Below are positions 1-9,358 of a stretch of 60,546 nt of DNA, piece after piece. A program made the translations under genes and the position numbers. The notes beneath the pieces are model-generated. The model was given only the letters and a program-made list of their open reading frames with translations, was not told the DNA's origin and ran no database searches. The DNA lies in the IMG/VR virus record IMGVR_UViG_3300030101_000172, positions 1-60,546 of that record; one strand, given 5' to 3'. This DNA comes from a virus. Taxonomy: Duplodnaviria > Caudoviricetes. How positions within the stretch are numbered: position 1 is the first letter of the stretch; each line of letters opens with the position of its first letter.

Positions 1-32
1 GTCTATCTGTGCCTTCACGTCTGATACCTTCA

Positions 33-212
33 CTAATCAGCTTCCTCTATCTTATTGCCTTCAGCTACCCATTCTTGAATTGCTCGGTAGTGTCTGTTGT
101 CAGTCGTTATTGGAACAAACATTGTTATACCATCTATTACTGCTCTTATATTAGAATTTTCATCACTAACTGAAACAGGATTTTTACAATATTTTGCTGA
201 AGTAATCTTCAT
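33..212 (-). CDS. Small tail-fibre-associated hypothetical protein (59 aa)
   Basis: Translated by hand: MKITSAKYCKNPVS...DNRHYRAIQEWVAEGNKIEEAD. An AGGAG RBS lies upstream. It is below the ORF-track cutoff. Confidence 0.75.
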   Translation of the reverse strand: MKITSAKYCKNPVSVSDENSNIRAVIDGITMFVPITTDNRHYRAIQEWVAEGNKIEEAD

Positions 213-221
213 TTAATTCTC

Positions 222-1349
222 CTATAAGTCACAGTCTGCGGAAAGAAAAAATCTTTGCCCTGTTGTATCACTAGCACAAGTAAAATAACCATGTAGTCCA
301 TTTGTACTTTCATTATAATAGGCTGAAACTGTTTCTTGTGTAGCACTATTATAAACAGCAGACCTTGCAGATGTTCCATCAACAGGTCCATACATAACAA
401 TAGCTGGATTACTTCTCATTTTTACTGGAAAAGAATAAGAAGTTGCGTGTCTATTAGAACCCCCTAATGTCCAACTAAATATTTGACCTTCATAATCAAC
501 TAAACTTCCATCAGATTGATCTTGCCCTGGAATAATTTTTGGAAACCCACTAAAATGATAGTATCTCTGACACAAAGCTAGTTCTTCCCCAAATGACCTA
601 TGCTCAAATGGTGTGGCTTGTGAGCCTACTTCCATTTGCCAACCAGTAATAAAAAATGTTCTATCTGTGCTATCAAAAAAAGATGTTTGGTTATCTCCAA
701 CTCTTTGATTTGTCGTTCCATGCCAAGTGTTTGATGTATGTGTTCCACCAGTATAAGTAGAACCACCATGTAACCAAATATTACATTTCAAACTTAAAGC
801 ATTATCATTGTCTAAAGCACCACTTGTATCACCATCAAAAGTCATACTTACTCTGTTCCAAGATGTCGTAACAGAAAACTCTTGAGAGTTAGACCTACTA
901 TTATCATTGTCTCTTAGCTCTAAAGTGTATGTTGCATTTGCATTACCTTTTACATAAAACGAAACAGTTACTTTTTCTGCGTCAGATGTACCTTTTTTTA
1001 ATTGTTGTAAGTCTTGTCCTTCAAATCTTTGCCCTAACATTAAAAATTCATCTGCTGCTATGGAAGTGTCAGCAGTTGAACAATCTAATTTTATAGCTTT
1101 AGTAAATCCACTTAAATCTGATATGGTTTCTTGAGTCATTGTTAAACGACCTGCTGTATTTCCTGCTTCAAATATAAATCTATCTACAGTTGGATAAACA
1201 CCATTACTTGCACCAACACCACCTGTTCCTGATGATGTTCCCCTCTGTGCCACTTGCATTGCACCATTGATAACAATATTTCTTCGCCCACCAAGCTGAC
1301 TATTGGTTAGGACTTCACCCATCTTTGCTAATTCTGCTGCTTTGGTCAT
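222..1349 (-). CDS. Tail fibre / receptor-binding-like protein with a carbohydrate-binding-type domain
   Basis: Has RRNIVINGAMQVAQRG near the N-terminus and QMEVGSQATPFEHRSFGEELALCQRYY, motifs typical of phage fibre proteins. Lies in the tail region. Confidence 0.7.
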   Translation of the reverse strand: MTKAAELAKMGEVLTNSQLGGRRNIVINGAMQVAQRGTSSGTGGVGASNGVYPTVDRFIFEAGNTAGRLTMTQETISDLSGFTKAIKLDCSTADTSIAADEFLMLGQRFEGQDLQQLKKGTSDAEKVTVSFYVKGNANATYTLELRDNDNSRSNSQEFSVTTSWNRVSMTFDGDTSGALDNDNALSLKCNIWLHGGSTYTGGTHTSNTWHGTTNQRVGDNQTSFFDSTDRTFFITGWQMEVGSQATPFEHRSFGEELALCQRYYHFSGFPKIIPGQDQSDGSLVDYEGQIFSWTLGGSNRHATSYSFPVKMRSNPAIVMYGPVDGTSARSAVYNSATQETVSAYYNESTNGLHGYFTCASDTTGQRFFLSADCDL

Positions 1350-1352
1350 TTG

Positions 1353-1646
1353 TTACTCCGTTGGTTTCTCAGGAAACTTAAAATCTTTATCATTCATGCT
1401 TTTAAAAGACTTAGTAATATCTCTCAAATCTTGTCTATAATTTTTCCAAGCATCAGACATAGTTACATCTGATAAAGCTAAATAATCTGTTTCAGCAAGT
1501 AATTGATTTCTTGCAGTTCTTAATTCTGACAAATGTCTTTCTGCTGTGCCATCTAACCATGCTTTTTCTTCAGCGTCTTTTATTTTTTCTTCTTCTGATG
1601 TGAATTTTTGTTTTCCACCACCTGCTAATTGATGATATCTAGCCAT
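1353..1646 (-). CDS. Tail fibre assembly chaperone-like protein
   Basis: LRTARNQLLAETDY...WKNYRQDLRDIT motif. Follows a fibre gene. Confidence 0.75.
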   Translation of the reverse strand: MARYHQLAGGGKQKFTSEEEKIKDAEEKAWLDGTAERHLSELRTARNQLLAETDYLALSDVTMSDAWKNYRQDLRDITKSFKSMNDKDFKFPEKPTE

Positions 1647-1655
1647 GTTGTATCC

Positions 1656-2693
1656 TTAATTAAATCCATATAATCTAAATTTACCAGTATGTTGCCCACC
1701 ACTAAGTTGAAACAATATACCCCTACAATAGTAAGCACCATAAGTTCCTGGAGTTGCCATACCAGCATGAAAGGTAAAGCCATTATGTGCTCCATTACTA
1801 TTCCTAAGAAGACTTCCAACACCATTAAATGTAACAAGATTATCTGTACTATTTACATTTTGTAAAATTCCATTAAATGTTATGCCTTGTCCAGCACCAC
1901 TTTTAATTTCTGTAGTTCCTATAACTGCATAAGAAGATGTATTATTTTGACTAACCTCAGATGCACTACCAATCATTGAATTTCCATAAGAATGATGATT
2001 ACCTGATATTATACTTCCAGCATCTCCACTTGCATTTGTAGTCATATAAAATTTAAGTTGCATTTGTCTATCATCTTCAGTTGAAGTATGAATTTCATAA
2101 AATATAAAATATCTGTCATAAGTGCTATTTATGTATGTGTTATTGACAACAAATGTTCCATCAGATGTGCTTATATCTTGTTCTAATAATTTTACTAAAG
2201 GGCCACCTGTAGGCGATTGAGTAAAATTTACAACCCCACCACTTGATATAGACATTGCATCTGCATCACCTACAGAACCTATCTGTCCATCGTTAGCAAC
2301 TGTTATGCCACCATTGTGTACACTTCTTCCTGTAAATGTAGGTACACCTGTTACACCAAGAGTGCCACCCATCGTAACATTACCACTAAATGTACCACCA
2401 CTACTTGCACTCACAGAATCATTAACTGAGAATACATCATACACTACCATTTCAACTATATCATCTACACTAGCTGCCTGAACTAATACAACAGTTGTGC
2501 CTGTAGTTGCAGTATAGTCATCCCCAGGGACAAGTAATATTCCGTTTTGATATACATCCATATACAAGCTATCTGTGTAGGTTAATGTCAAACCATTGGC
2601 ATCAGCATTACTAAAAGTCTGTTGACCTGCAGTTGCTTGGTATTGAAATCTGTTTCGTACTCCATTAGAAGGACTGACTCCTATATATGCCAT
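1656..2693 (-). CDS. Tail fibre-like protein
   Basis: MAYIG start, DVYQNGILLVPGDDYTAT motif, Gly/Thr/Ser-rich beta-type sequence. Confidence 0.65.
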   Translation of the reverse strand: MAYIGVSPSNGVRNRFQYQATAGQQTFSNADANGLTLTYTDSLYMDVYQNGILLVPGDDYTATTGTTVVLVQAASVDDIVEMVVYDVFSVNDSVSASSGGTFSGNVTMGGTLGVTGVPTFTGRSVHNGGITVANDGQIGSVGDADAMSISSGGVVNFTQSPTGGPLVKLLEQDISTSDGTFVVNNTYINSTYDRYFIFYEIHTSTEDDRQMQLKFYMTTNASGDAGSIISGNHHSYGNSMIGSASEVSQNNTSSYAVIGTTEIKSGAGQGITFNGILQNVNSTDNLVTFNGVGSLLRNSNGAHNGFTFHAGMATPGTYGAYYCRGILFQLSGGQHTGKFRLYGFN

Positions 2694-2696
2694 TGT

Positions 2697-2987
2697 TTAC
2701 TCCGTTGGTTTTTCAGGAAATTTAAAATCTTTATCTTCCATTGATTGAAATATTTTAGTTATATCTCGTAAATCTTGACGATACTTTTTCTGTGCATCTG
2801 TCATTGTTAAATCTGATGATGCCCACCAATCTGTTTCAGATAATAAAAAATTTCTTTCAGACCTTAAAATTTCTAATTTTTTTTCAGCACTAGGTTTTTG
2901 TGCATCAAGTTCTTTTTGCTCTTCACTTGTCAAATCTCTAGTAACTGTTTTATTTGTTGAAAAATCATATATAATTTTTTTTGCCAT
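2697..2987 (-). CDS. Tail fibre assembly chaperone-like protein, paralog of 1353..1646
   Basis: LRSERNFLLSETDW...KYRQDLRDIT motif and the identical C-terminus KDFKFPEKPTE. Confidence 0.75.
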   Translation of the reverse strand: MAKKIIYDFSTNKTVTRDLTSEEQKELDAQKPSAEKKLEILRSERNFLLSETDWWASSDLTMTDAQKKYRQDLRDITKIFQSMEDKDFKFPEKPTE

Positions 2988-2999
2988 ATTAATTAACCC

Positions 3000-3554
3000 C
3001 TAAGTTTCATAAAAAATATTTATGAAACCATTATCAAAATTACCACCTGAATTTAGCATTACTCTCACTCTATCTAAAGTGCCACCTAAAGTAACGATTC
3101 CACCACCAAAAACACCATTTGATGTATTATAATACATAGAATGTGATGCAACAAATCTATTAGAACCAATGTGATTAATTGTCATAACACCACCAAGAGT
3201 ACTTGAACCATTAGTTCCATAAGCAACAAAACCACTTGTGTCTGTAGCACCCATACCTGACCTATATTCAGAAGTAGAAACATAGCCTGAATCGGTTAAT
3301 CCACTGCTTGTTCCAAGTCGCACCAAAATAGATGTGTCTGTTGAAGAAGTAGCAACTGAACTCACAGTGTAACAATTAATTTGTATTCGTTTTATTCCTG
3401 ATGGCAAATTTAAAAAATCGGCTTCAGCACTGCCACTTACAGAAACACCACCAGAATTTTCAGTAGTAATACTACCAACACCACTAACAGTACCTGTAAA
3501 AGCAAACGTATCTGCTAAATTTATTCCGTCAGCTTGTACTTTAGTTAAAGCCAT
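3000..3554 (-). CDS. Short tail-fibre-like virion protein
   Basis: MALTKV start, Gly/Ser/Thr-rich, located in the fibre array. Confidence 0.55.
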   Translation of the reverse strand: MALTKVQADGINLADTFAFTGTVSGVGSITTENSGGVSVSGSAEADFLNLPSGIKRIQINCYTVSSVATSSTDTSILVRLGTSSGLTDSGYVSTSEYRSGMGATDTSGFVAYGTNGSSTLGGVMTINHIGSNRFVASHSMYYNTSNGVFGGGIVTLGGTLDRVRVMLNSGGNFDNGFINIFYET

Positions 3555-3563
3555 TACTTACTC

Positions 3564-3935
3564 CTATGCGTATGGACTGTCACCTAATGTGCTTGTATCC
3601 CAAGCAGCCTTGAGCTTTGCAATAGTGTCTGCATCTGTTATTGCTTTTGCAGCAGGTGCATCTCTCAACGCTTTCTTCTTTGCTACACTTGCAGATTGTG
3701 CAGAATTATCTCCTGCTTCTAGTGCTTTCATATACATTACATCTTCTTCATCAAGTAAAGGCTTTCTTACTTCCCTTATCTTATCTTTGAATATATTTTT
3801 AGCTGTTGCTAAATCTTCAGTAATAGTCTTGCCTGATATTACCCAAGCATTTCTAAAGTGTCTATCTGATGGTTTAACTGCATCTGATGCTGCGATTCTA
3901 TTACCATCTTTATCTATAATAGTTGTTGTTGCCAT
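3564..3935 (-). CDS. Hypothetical tail-assembly-associated protein
   Basis: AGGAG RBS. PSDRHFRNAW and KKKALRDAPA motifs. Confidence 0.6.
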   Translation of the reverse strand: MATTTIIDKDGNRIAASDAVKPSDRHFRNAWVISGKTITEDLATAKNIFKDKIREVRKPLLDEEDVMYMKALEAGDNSAQSASVAKKKALRDAPAAKAITDADTIAKLKAAWDTSTLGDSPYA

Positions 3936-4424
3936 TTAAGCCACCTCATCTTTCTGTATGGTTAGTTCTTGATTAATCCTCCAAGCATTTCGCCATACTC
4001 TGGTGCTAGGAAGTTGATTCTTTCTGCATATAACCATTCTTGGTTTATTTGCTTTATCATAATCTCTCCACACTCTTTGTGGAATATCTTTCATAATTAA
4101 ATACTCTATAGCTCTTTCTTCTGTCATTGCCTCAACAGGCTTTGTATTGTGAAGCAAATACCCTCTTGTATGTTTTTTAAAATCTGGTTTTGCTTCATCC
4201 TTTGCTAACTCCCAGTATGCCTCAACTGGTGGTAATATACCACCCTGCAATGCACAAGCCATCCAATTAGGATCAGGATGCGTAATCTTTGCAGGTGAAT
4301 TAGGCTCTTTAGGGTCTTCCCATACAACACAATATTCTGTTCTGTAAGGTTCTAGCTTTTCTTTTGCCCAACACAATCTATCCCAAAGATGTGTGCCTTG
4401 AAATTCAGGTGTTTCTATTGTCAT
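3936..4424 (-). CDS. Hypothetical phage protein
   Basis: ATGA overlap with the upstream gene. Ends with LPSTRVWRNAW, a motif shared with the next gene. Confidence 0.65.
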   Translation of the reverse strand: MTIETPEFQGTHLWDRLCWAKEKLEPYRTEYCVVWEDPKEPNSPAKITHPDPNWMACALQGGILPPVEAYWELAKDEAKPDFKKHTRGYLLHNTKPVEAMTEERAIEYLIMKDIPQRVWRDYDKANKPRMVICRKNQLPSTRVWRNAWRINQELTIQKDEVA

Positions 4425-4816
4425 GCAAGGTCTCCATTTATATTACAGGCTTGATAAGCAGCATTTTGATTACTTATGGAAAGAAACTTAGCACTTCCAG
4501 TATTCGGTGAGTATACAGATAAATGTGAACTACTGTTTAAGTCAAGTCCACCAGAATTATGATTAGAAGCATAACTTATCGCCATATGTCCTGCTGTGTT
4601 AAATCCATTAGTATATGTAACTAAATTTTCTGTAGTGCTAGTGTCAGTTAATGAAGTTACATTAAGTGAATTATATGCAACTGCACCAACACCTGTCCAC
4701 GAACACCAAACTTTTGTACTACCATTTACAACATAATCTGTGTCCACAGACTTAGCTGTGCCTGTTATCTGTCCACTTGTTGATAATGTATCAAATGCTA
4801 TTGTTCCGTTTGCCAT
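4421..4816 (-). CDS. Small fibre-like protein, paralog 3 of the GDLA family
   Basis: KVWCSW...NSLN motif and C-terminal GDLA. Confidence 0.65.
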   Translation of the reverse strand: MANGTIAFDTLSTSGQITGTAKSVDTDYVVNGSTKVWCSWTGVGAVAYNSLNVTSLTDTSTTENLVTYTNGFNTAGHMAISYASNHNSGGLDLNSSSHLSVYSPNTGSAKFLSISNQNAAYQACNINGDLA

Positions 4817-5271
4817 TATGCTAAGTCTCCAAATAAAGCTGTATTAATAGATGACCAATCATTTAAATTTCCATTTCCATAAACTGTTTGATATCTTGTT
4901 ACTGTTGTTGTGACAGCAGTTACATCTTGAGGTTGTTGTATTGTTGCTAGATTTGTATTACCACCTCCTGCCATACCTGCATGAACATAAGTTGCATTAG
5001 CCATGGCTGATGATATCGTAATTGTTTGGTCTCCAGGGCCATTATCTACTATGCCTGAATGATTAAAACTATCTATAACACTAGCAGTTCCACTAGATGA
5101 TTGCCATCTACACCAAGATTTTGCCAACCCTTGCTGAATACTTGTTTGATTACTACCCTCACCTCTAATAGTCAAAGAGTTTGCACTTGCACTTACTACA
5201 GGTGTTGAACCGATGGTTAAGTTTGTTGAGGTTGACTTGCCTGTGATTGTATCTACTGATAATGTACTCAT
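4816..5271 (-). CDS. Small fibre-like protein, paralog 2 of the GDLA family
   Basis: QQGLAKSWCRW...DSFN motif and C-terminal GDLA. Confidence 0.65.
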   Translation of the reverse strand: MSTLSVDTITGKSTSTNLTIGSTPVVSASANSLTIRGEGSNQTSIQQGLAKSWCRWQSSSGTASVIDSFNHSGIVDNGPGDQTITISSAMANATYVHAGMAGGGNTNLATIQQPQDVTAVTTTVTRYQTVYGNGNLNDWSSINTALFGDLA

Positions 5272-5702
5272 GCTAAATCTCCATGTATATTATTTGATAC
5301 ATAGTCATAATCTCCAGAGTTTGCAGCACTTGCTCCTGCATAGTTTACAGTTATCCTTAAAGAGCTTGTTGTAACAGAGCCATCTTGTAATGGTTGAGGA
5401 CTGTAAACAAAAGTTGTTGTATCACCTGCAGGAGCAGCTTTACCACTTACAGTATATCCTTCTGCTGTAGCCATGTTACTTGTAATAGCATAAGTTGTAT
5501 CTCCTGCAGCATGGTCTGTTTGCACAGTAAAATTAAAAGAGTCAGCAACTACTGGACTTGTTGAATCTAGTGCATAAGCAATCCATCCTTTACATAATCC
5601 TTGTTGTAAGTCAGTTGTAGTATTGCCACCTTCGCTTTTAACAGAACCTGTAAAACCTGCACTACCACGACCTGTTATGTTGTCTACTTTTAAGCTACTC
5701 AT
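5268..5702 (-). CDS. Small fibre-like protein, paralog 1 of the GDLA family
   Basis: QQGLCKGWIAY...DSFN motif and C-terminal GDLA. Confidence 0.65.
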   Translation of the reverse strand: MSSLKVDNITGRGSAGFTGSVKSEGGNTTTDLQQGLCKGWIAYALDSTSPVVADSFNFTVQTDHAAGDTTYAITSNMATAEGYTVSGKAAPAGDTTTFVYSPQPLQDGSVTTSSLRITVNYAGASAANSGDYDYVSNNIHGDLA

Positions 5703-6154
5703 AATACTGCCAACCTTCCACCACTATTTATGGTCAATGTAACACCACTGTTAACTGTAAGGTCTCCTGTAACATTTGCATTTTCTGTAGCAAGTATCGT
5801 TATGTTTGTGGATAAACTTTGTGCGTTAAGTCTAAACATACCACCATTCTTGAAGTTACCTTTATTCTCTGCTGCAGGTGTTACATTTCCTGCTGCTAGT
5901 CCAAGAAAATATACAAAGACATTACCTGTTCCTGCAGGAGGGATTTCACCTGAAGCAAAAGTAAGAGTTGTGCCATCAGGTACAGTGTACTTAGAACTGT
6001 CTTGCACAACACCATCTACTGATACAATTATTGATTGCACATTAGATATTGTTCTTCCTAAATTAAATTCATCTTCTGAACCTGTACCATTGAATCTTAC
6101 AACAGATGGTAGAGATTGAAAGTTAGCAGGTACGTCATTTCCTATATATGCCAT
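5699..6154 (-). CDS. Virion/tail structural protein
   Basis: MAYIG start, VSVDGVVQ...GTTLTF motif, GVTLTI near the C-terminus. Confidence 0.6.
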   Translation of the reverse strand: MAYIGNDVPANFQSLPSVVRFNGTGSEDEFNLGRTISNVQSIIVSVDGVVQDSSKYTVPDGTTLTFASGEIPPAGTGNVFVYFLGLAAGNVTPAAENKGNFKNGGMFRLNAQSLSTNITILATENANVTGDLTVNSGVTLTINSGGRLAVL

Positions 6155-6162
6155 TCTATCTC

Positions 6163-6522
6163 CTACTCGCTAATTGAATCTACGAAACTAACCCAACAAT
6201 TTAAAGAAGCATCAGTGTTAGACTGAACTTTAAGTTCGTCTCCATTCTGTAATATTATTTTACTTCCAGAATCTATAAGCTCTAAAGCACTACCTACAGG
6301 TATAGGTGCTCCCTTTATTAAATAACAATTTAAATCACTACCCCCTGCTGCTGTTGTTTCTATAAAAACATCAACAGTTATTTGTGCTGTATGTATATTT
6401 GCTAGTCTTATACTAACAATAGCATCGTCAGAGTTTGAGGTAACTACTGTTCTTGCAGTAGTTCCTATGTTTATATCACTCGTGCTATCTGATGCTACTG
6501 CTCTTTCAAAATCTTGTGCCAT
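6163..6522 (-). CDS. Putative virion structural protein (small beta-sandwich type)
   Basis: AGGAG RBS. Resembles 57214..57543 (AIVSIRLAN vs AIVKSILVS; ILQNGDELKV vs VVQTGEILKV). Confidence 0.6.
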   Translation of the reverse strand: MAQDFERAVASDSTSDINIGTTARTVVTSNSDDAIVSIRLANIHTAQITVDVFIETTAAGGSDLNCYLIKGAPIPVGSALELIDSGSKIILQNGDELKVQSNTDASLNCWVSFVDSISE

Positions 6523-6531
6523 GTTTTACTC

Positions 6532-8865
6532 CTATAAAGCTATCGCCATTGCTGTGGCAAAACCTTTTGTTGCAGAACTTCCTGCTGCATATGTTTTTAT
6601 ATCTGAGGCAGGTATCTGTTTAGTGGTTGTTCCATCAATTACTATGAACCCATCTGCATCAGCTATTGTAATAGATGATGTTGATTTTGCTGAACCATCT
6701 AATAAATTTAATTCTGCTGTTGTAGATGTTACACCATCTAATATGTTAAGTTCTGCCGTTGTAGATGTTACACCATCCAATATATTAAGTTCTGCGGCTG
6801 TGGATGTGACACCGTCAAGTATGTTTAACTCTGCTGCAGTTGATGTAATCGTTGTACCATTAATAGACAGTGCATCTGTTTCTAAAGTTCCGTCTACATC
6901 TACGTTTCCTGATATATCTAAAGATGCTGCTATTAGTTGGTCAACTTGTAAATCTTCATGGTTTGAACCTAATTTTAATTCAAACTTAGGGCCTGTTGTA
7001 TTATAGCTAAATGTAGCGTCATCACCTGAACCACCCTCTATTGTAATACCTGCACCGTTTACCACTGCACTTGTGCTATTGCCACTATCTAATACGATGT
7101 TGTGGTCATTTAAATTCACTGTTGTTGAATTTACTGTGGTGGTTGTGCCTGATACAGTTAAGTTACCTTCTAGTGTTACGTTAGCACCACTAAATGTCAT
7201 AGCAGTTGTAGTGCCTGACTTTATGAGAAGCTCACCACTGTTGTTACTAAGTCCACCATAAGTTGTGCCATCATCTTTTAACAGTATATCTGCACCATCT
7301 GCATCAAGAGTAATATCTCCTGCGGAGTCTAATGTTATTGTAGAGCCTGTTATATTTGTTATTACAGGATCTGTTAATGTTTTGTTTGTTAATGTAGCAG
7401 TTGACGATGTTGAAACTAATCTTGCATTACCACCTGTACTAGGTAGTGTTAAAGTGTTAGATGCACTTTCTGAATGTGGTGCAGCTATTATAATTTGTCC
7501 GTGTGAGTTTGCTTCACAATTTAATTGTATAGCTCCCTGATTAGTATTACCTTTTACAACTACTTTTCCTGTTCCGTTTGGTGCAAGTTCAAGATTAGCA
7601 TTTGAAGTGGTAACAATGTCTTGACCATTCATGTCTAAGTTGCCACCAAGTTGAGGAGTCGTGTCCTCTACTACGTTAGATATGGCAACACCACCAACAG
7701 CTAATCCTGATACGATTGTACTTCTTGTTACTTTTTTTAAACCACCACCTGAAGTGTCTACTGCTAAGAATACATCATCGTTAGCCACACTGGATATTTC
7801 AGATAAGTCACCGACTGCTATAGAGTTAAAATTTGCTCCGTCTGCAACAAGTAAGTTACCTGCAGTGTTTGTGCCCATAGTTATGTCATCACCTGCAACT
7901 GTTAAGTCACCTGTGATACTTAGATTTCTAAAACCACTTATGTCTTTGTTCGAGTCAACTATTACAGCTTTTGACGCTGACACTGTTCCATTTGTGACAC
8001 CATCAATTAAATTAATATCAGCAGCACTAGCTGTCACACCATCAAGAATATTTAGTTCTGCAACTGTAGAAGTTATACCGTCTAGTGCATTAAGTTCTGC
8101 AGCCGTAGCAGTGACCCCATCTAATATATTAAGTTCTGCTGTTGTGGATGTAACACCATCAAGTATATTTAATTCTGCGGCTGTAGATGTAATTGCTGTG
8201 CCATTAAGATTAATAGCATCCAAATATGCGATACCATCAATGTATATATCTTTCCATTTCTTACTGGACGATCCTAAATCATGTGTATCATCATCGTCAG
8301 GTATAATGTTAGAGTCTACCTCACCACCAAATACAATGTTATCTGTGTTAGCATCGCCAAGAGTTAATGTACCACCATTGAACGTAGTTGTGCCTGTTAC
8401 AGTGAGATTACCACCTATAGAAGCATTACCACCAACTACTAAGTTACCAGCTACGTTTGTTAATGCTTCTAGCACATTTGTGCCATCACAATACACAAAC
8501 CCAGTTGTGCCATCTGGTATAGCAATACCACTACCTGAAGCTGTTTTAACTGTAATTGTTTGTCCAGTAGCGTTCTTAACTATATAAACTTTACTTGCTG
8601 CAGGACATATTACAGTGCCTGCACCACTTAAATCAGAGGTTGTGTCTGTTAAATTTAAAATAGCCGCTCGTGATTCAGAGGTTGTACCGTCTGCTGTGGA
8701 TAGTGTAGCAGAGTTTGTACTCCAAGTGTTTATAGTCTTTAAACCAGCAACGGCTTCTTCTATCATAGAAGTTACTTGTTGATTAACAGTGTCACCCCAA
8801 GTACCTGTCAATTCTCCTTGTGTGGGTAACGCTAATTTTAAAGATGTAGTATACGCTGTAGCCAT
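6532..8865 (-). CDS. Long tail fibre protein with 13-aa repeats
   Basis: N-terminal GELTGTWGDTVN, two blocks of TSTAAELNILDGV repeats, DTTPQLGGNLD motif, C-terminal ATKGFATAMAIAL. Confidence 0.75.
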   Translation of the reverse strand: MATAYTTSLKLALPTQGELTGTWGDTVNQQVTSMIEEAVAGLKTINTWSTNSATLSTADGTTSESRAAILNLTDTTSDLSGAGTVICPAASKVYIVKNATGQTITVKTASGSGIAIPDGTTGFVYCDGTNVLEALTNVAGNLVVGGNASIGGNLTVTGTTTFNGGTLTLGDANTDNIVFGGEVDSNIIPDDDDTHDLGSSSKKWKDIYIDGIAYLDAINLNGTAITSTAAELNILDGVTSTTAELNILDGVTATAAELNALDGITSTVAELNILDGVTASAADINLIDGVTNGTVSASKAVIVDSNKDISGFRNLSITGDLTVAGDDITMGTNTAGNLLVADGANFNSIAVGDLSEISSVANDDVFLAVDTSGGGLKKVTRSTIVSGLAVGGVAISNVVEDTTPQLGGNLDMNGQDIVTTSNANLELAPNGTGKVVVKGNTNQGAIQLNCEANSHGQIIIAAPHSESASNTLTLPSTGGNARLVSTSSTATLTNKTLTDPVITNITGSTITLDSAGDITLDADGADILLKDDGTTYGGLSNNSGELLIKSGTTTAMTFSGANVTLEGNLTVSGTTTTVNSTTVNLNDHNIVLDSGNSTSAVVNGAGITIEGGSGDDATFSYNTTGPKFELKLGSNHEDLQVDQLIAASLDISGNVDVDGTLETDALSINGTTITSTAAELNILDGVTSTAAELNILDGVTSTTAELNILDGVTSTTAELNLLDGSAKSTSSITIADADGFIVIDGTTTKQIPASDIKTYAAGSSATKGFATAMAIAL
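6694..6849 (-). repeat. Four 39-bp coding tandem repeats (TSTAAELNILDGV)
   Basis: Visible in both the protein and the DNA. Confidence 0.9.
7999..8193 (-). repeat. Five 39-bp coding tandem repeats (TSTAAELNILDGV-like)
   Basis: Visible in both the protein and the DNA. Confidence 0.9.
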
Positions 8866-8921
8866 TTATAAAACCTCTATACTTATTAATACATCAATAA
8901 ACAGAAAACAGCAACAAAACA

Positions 8922-9353
8922 TTATACTATACGTATTATAGCATTTTCTGAGTTTGCAATAGGAAAACTTATTTGAAAGTTCCCCGAGCTGGATTGTTTA
9001 TCCTCTCCAAAATCAATTACTGCAACGGCAGGGTTACCTGTTGCACTCTTATATATTAAAGCTCCTCTAGCTGTAATTGAAGAAGAACTCCAAGTTACAT
9101 CAGAAAAATCTAATAACGCTGTAGTGCCTGATGACGTAGGGTTTGTTGCTATGGTAAGAGCTTTACCTCCTGCATCGTAACCTGTACCTGACACTTCATT
9201 TGTTGTGCTATATGCTGTAGTATCAGCGTTTAGAGTAGCACTAGATGTAAACAAAGCTATTTTAAAAGATTGAGATGTATCACTACTAAAATCCATCTCA
9301 CCATTTAGTAGAGCTACTTTAAAGGATGTGCATGTAGCTTGTGTTATAGCCAT
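8922..9353 (-). CDS. Putative virion structural protein
   Basis: FKIALFTSSA...NEVSGTGYDAGG...ITARGALIY, a recurrent phage structural family. Confidence 0.65.
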   Translation of the reverse strand: MAITQATCTSFKVALLNGEMDFSSDTSQSFKIALFTSSATLNADTTAYSTTNEVSGTGYDAGGKALTIATNPTSSGTTALLDFSDVTWSSSSITARGALIYKSATGNPAVAVIDFGEDKQSSSGNFQISFPIANSENAIIRIV

Positions 9354-9358
9354 TTACA

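Noticed and set aside
1-8865. Diversity-generating retroelement or invertible shufflon in the fibre array
   Set aside because: No reverse transcriptase, no adenine-specific TR/VR pair and no invertase were seen, and all cassettes are co-oriented.
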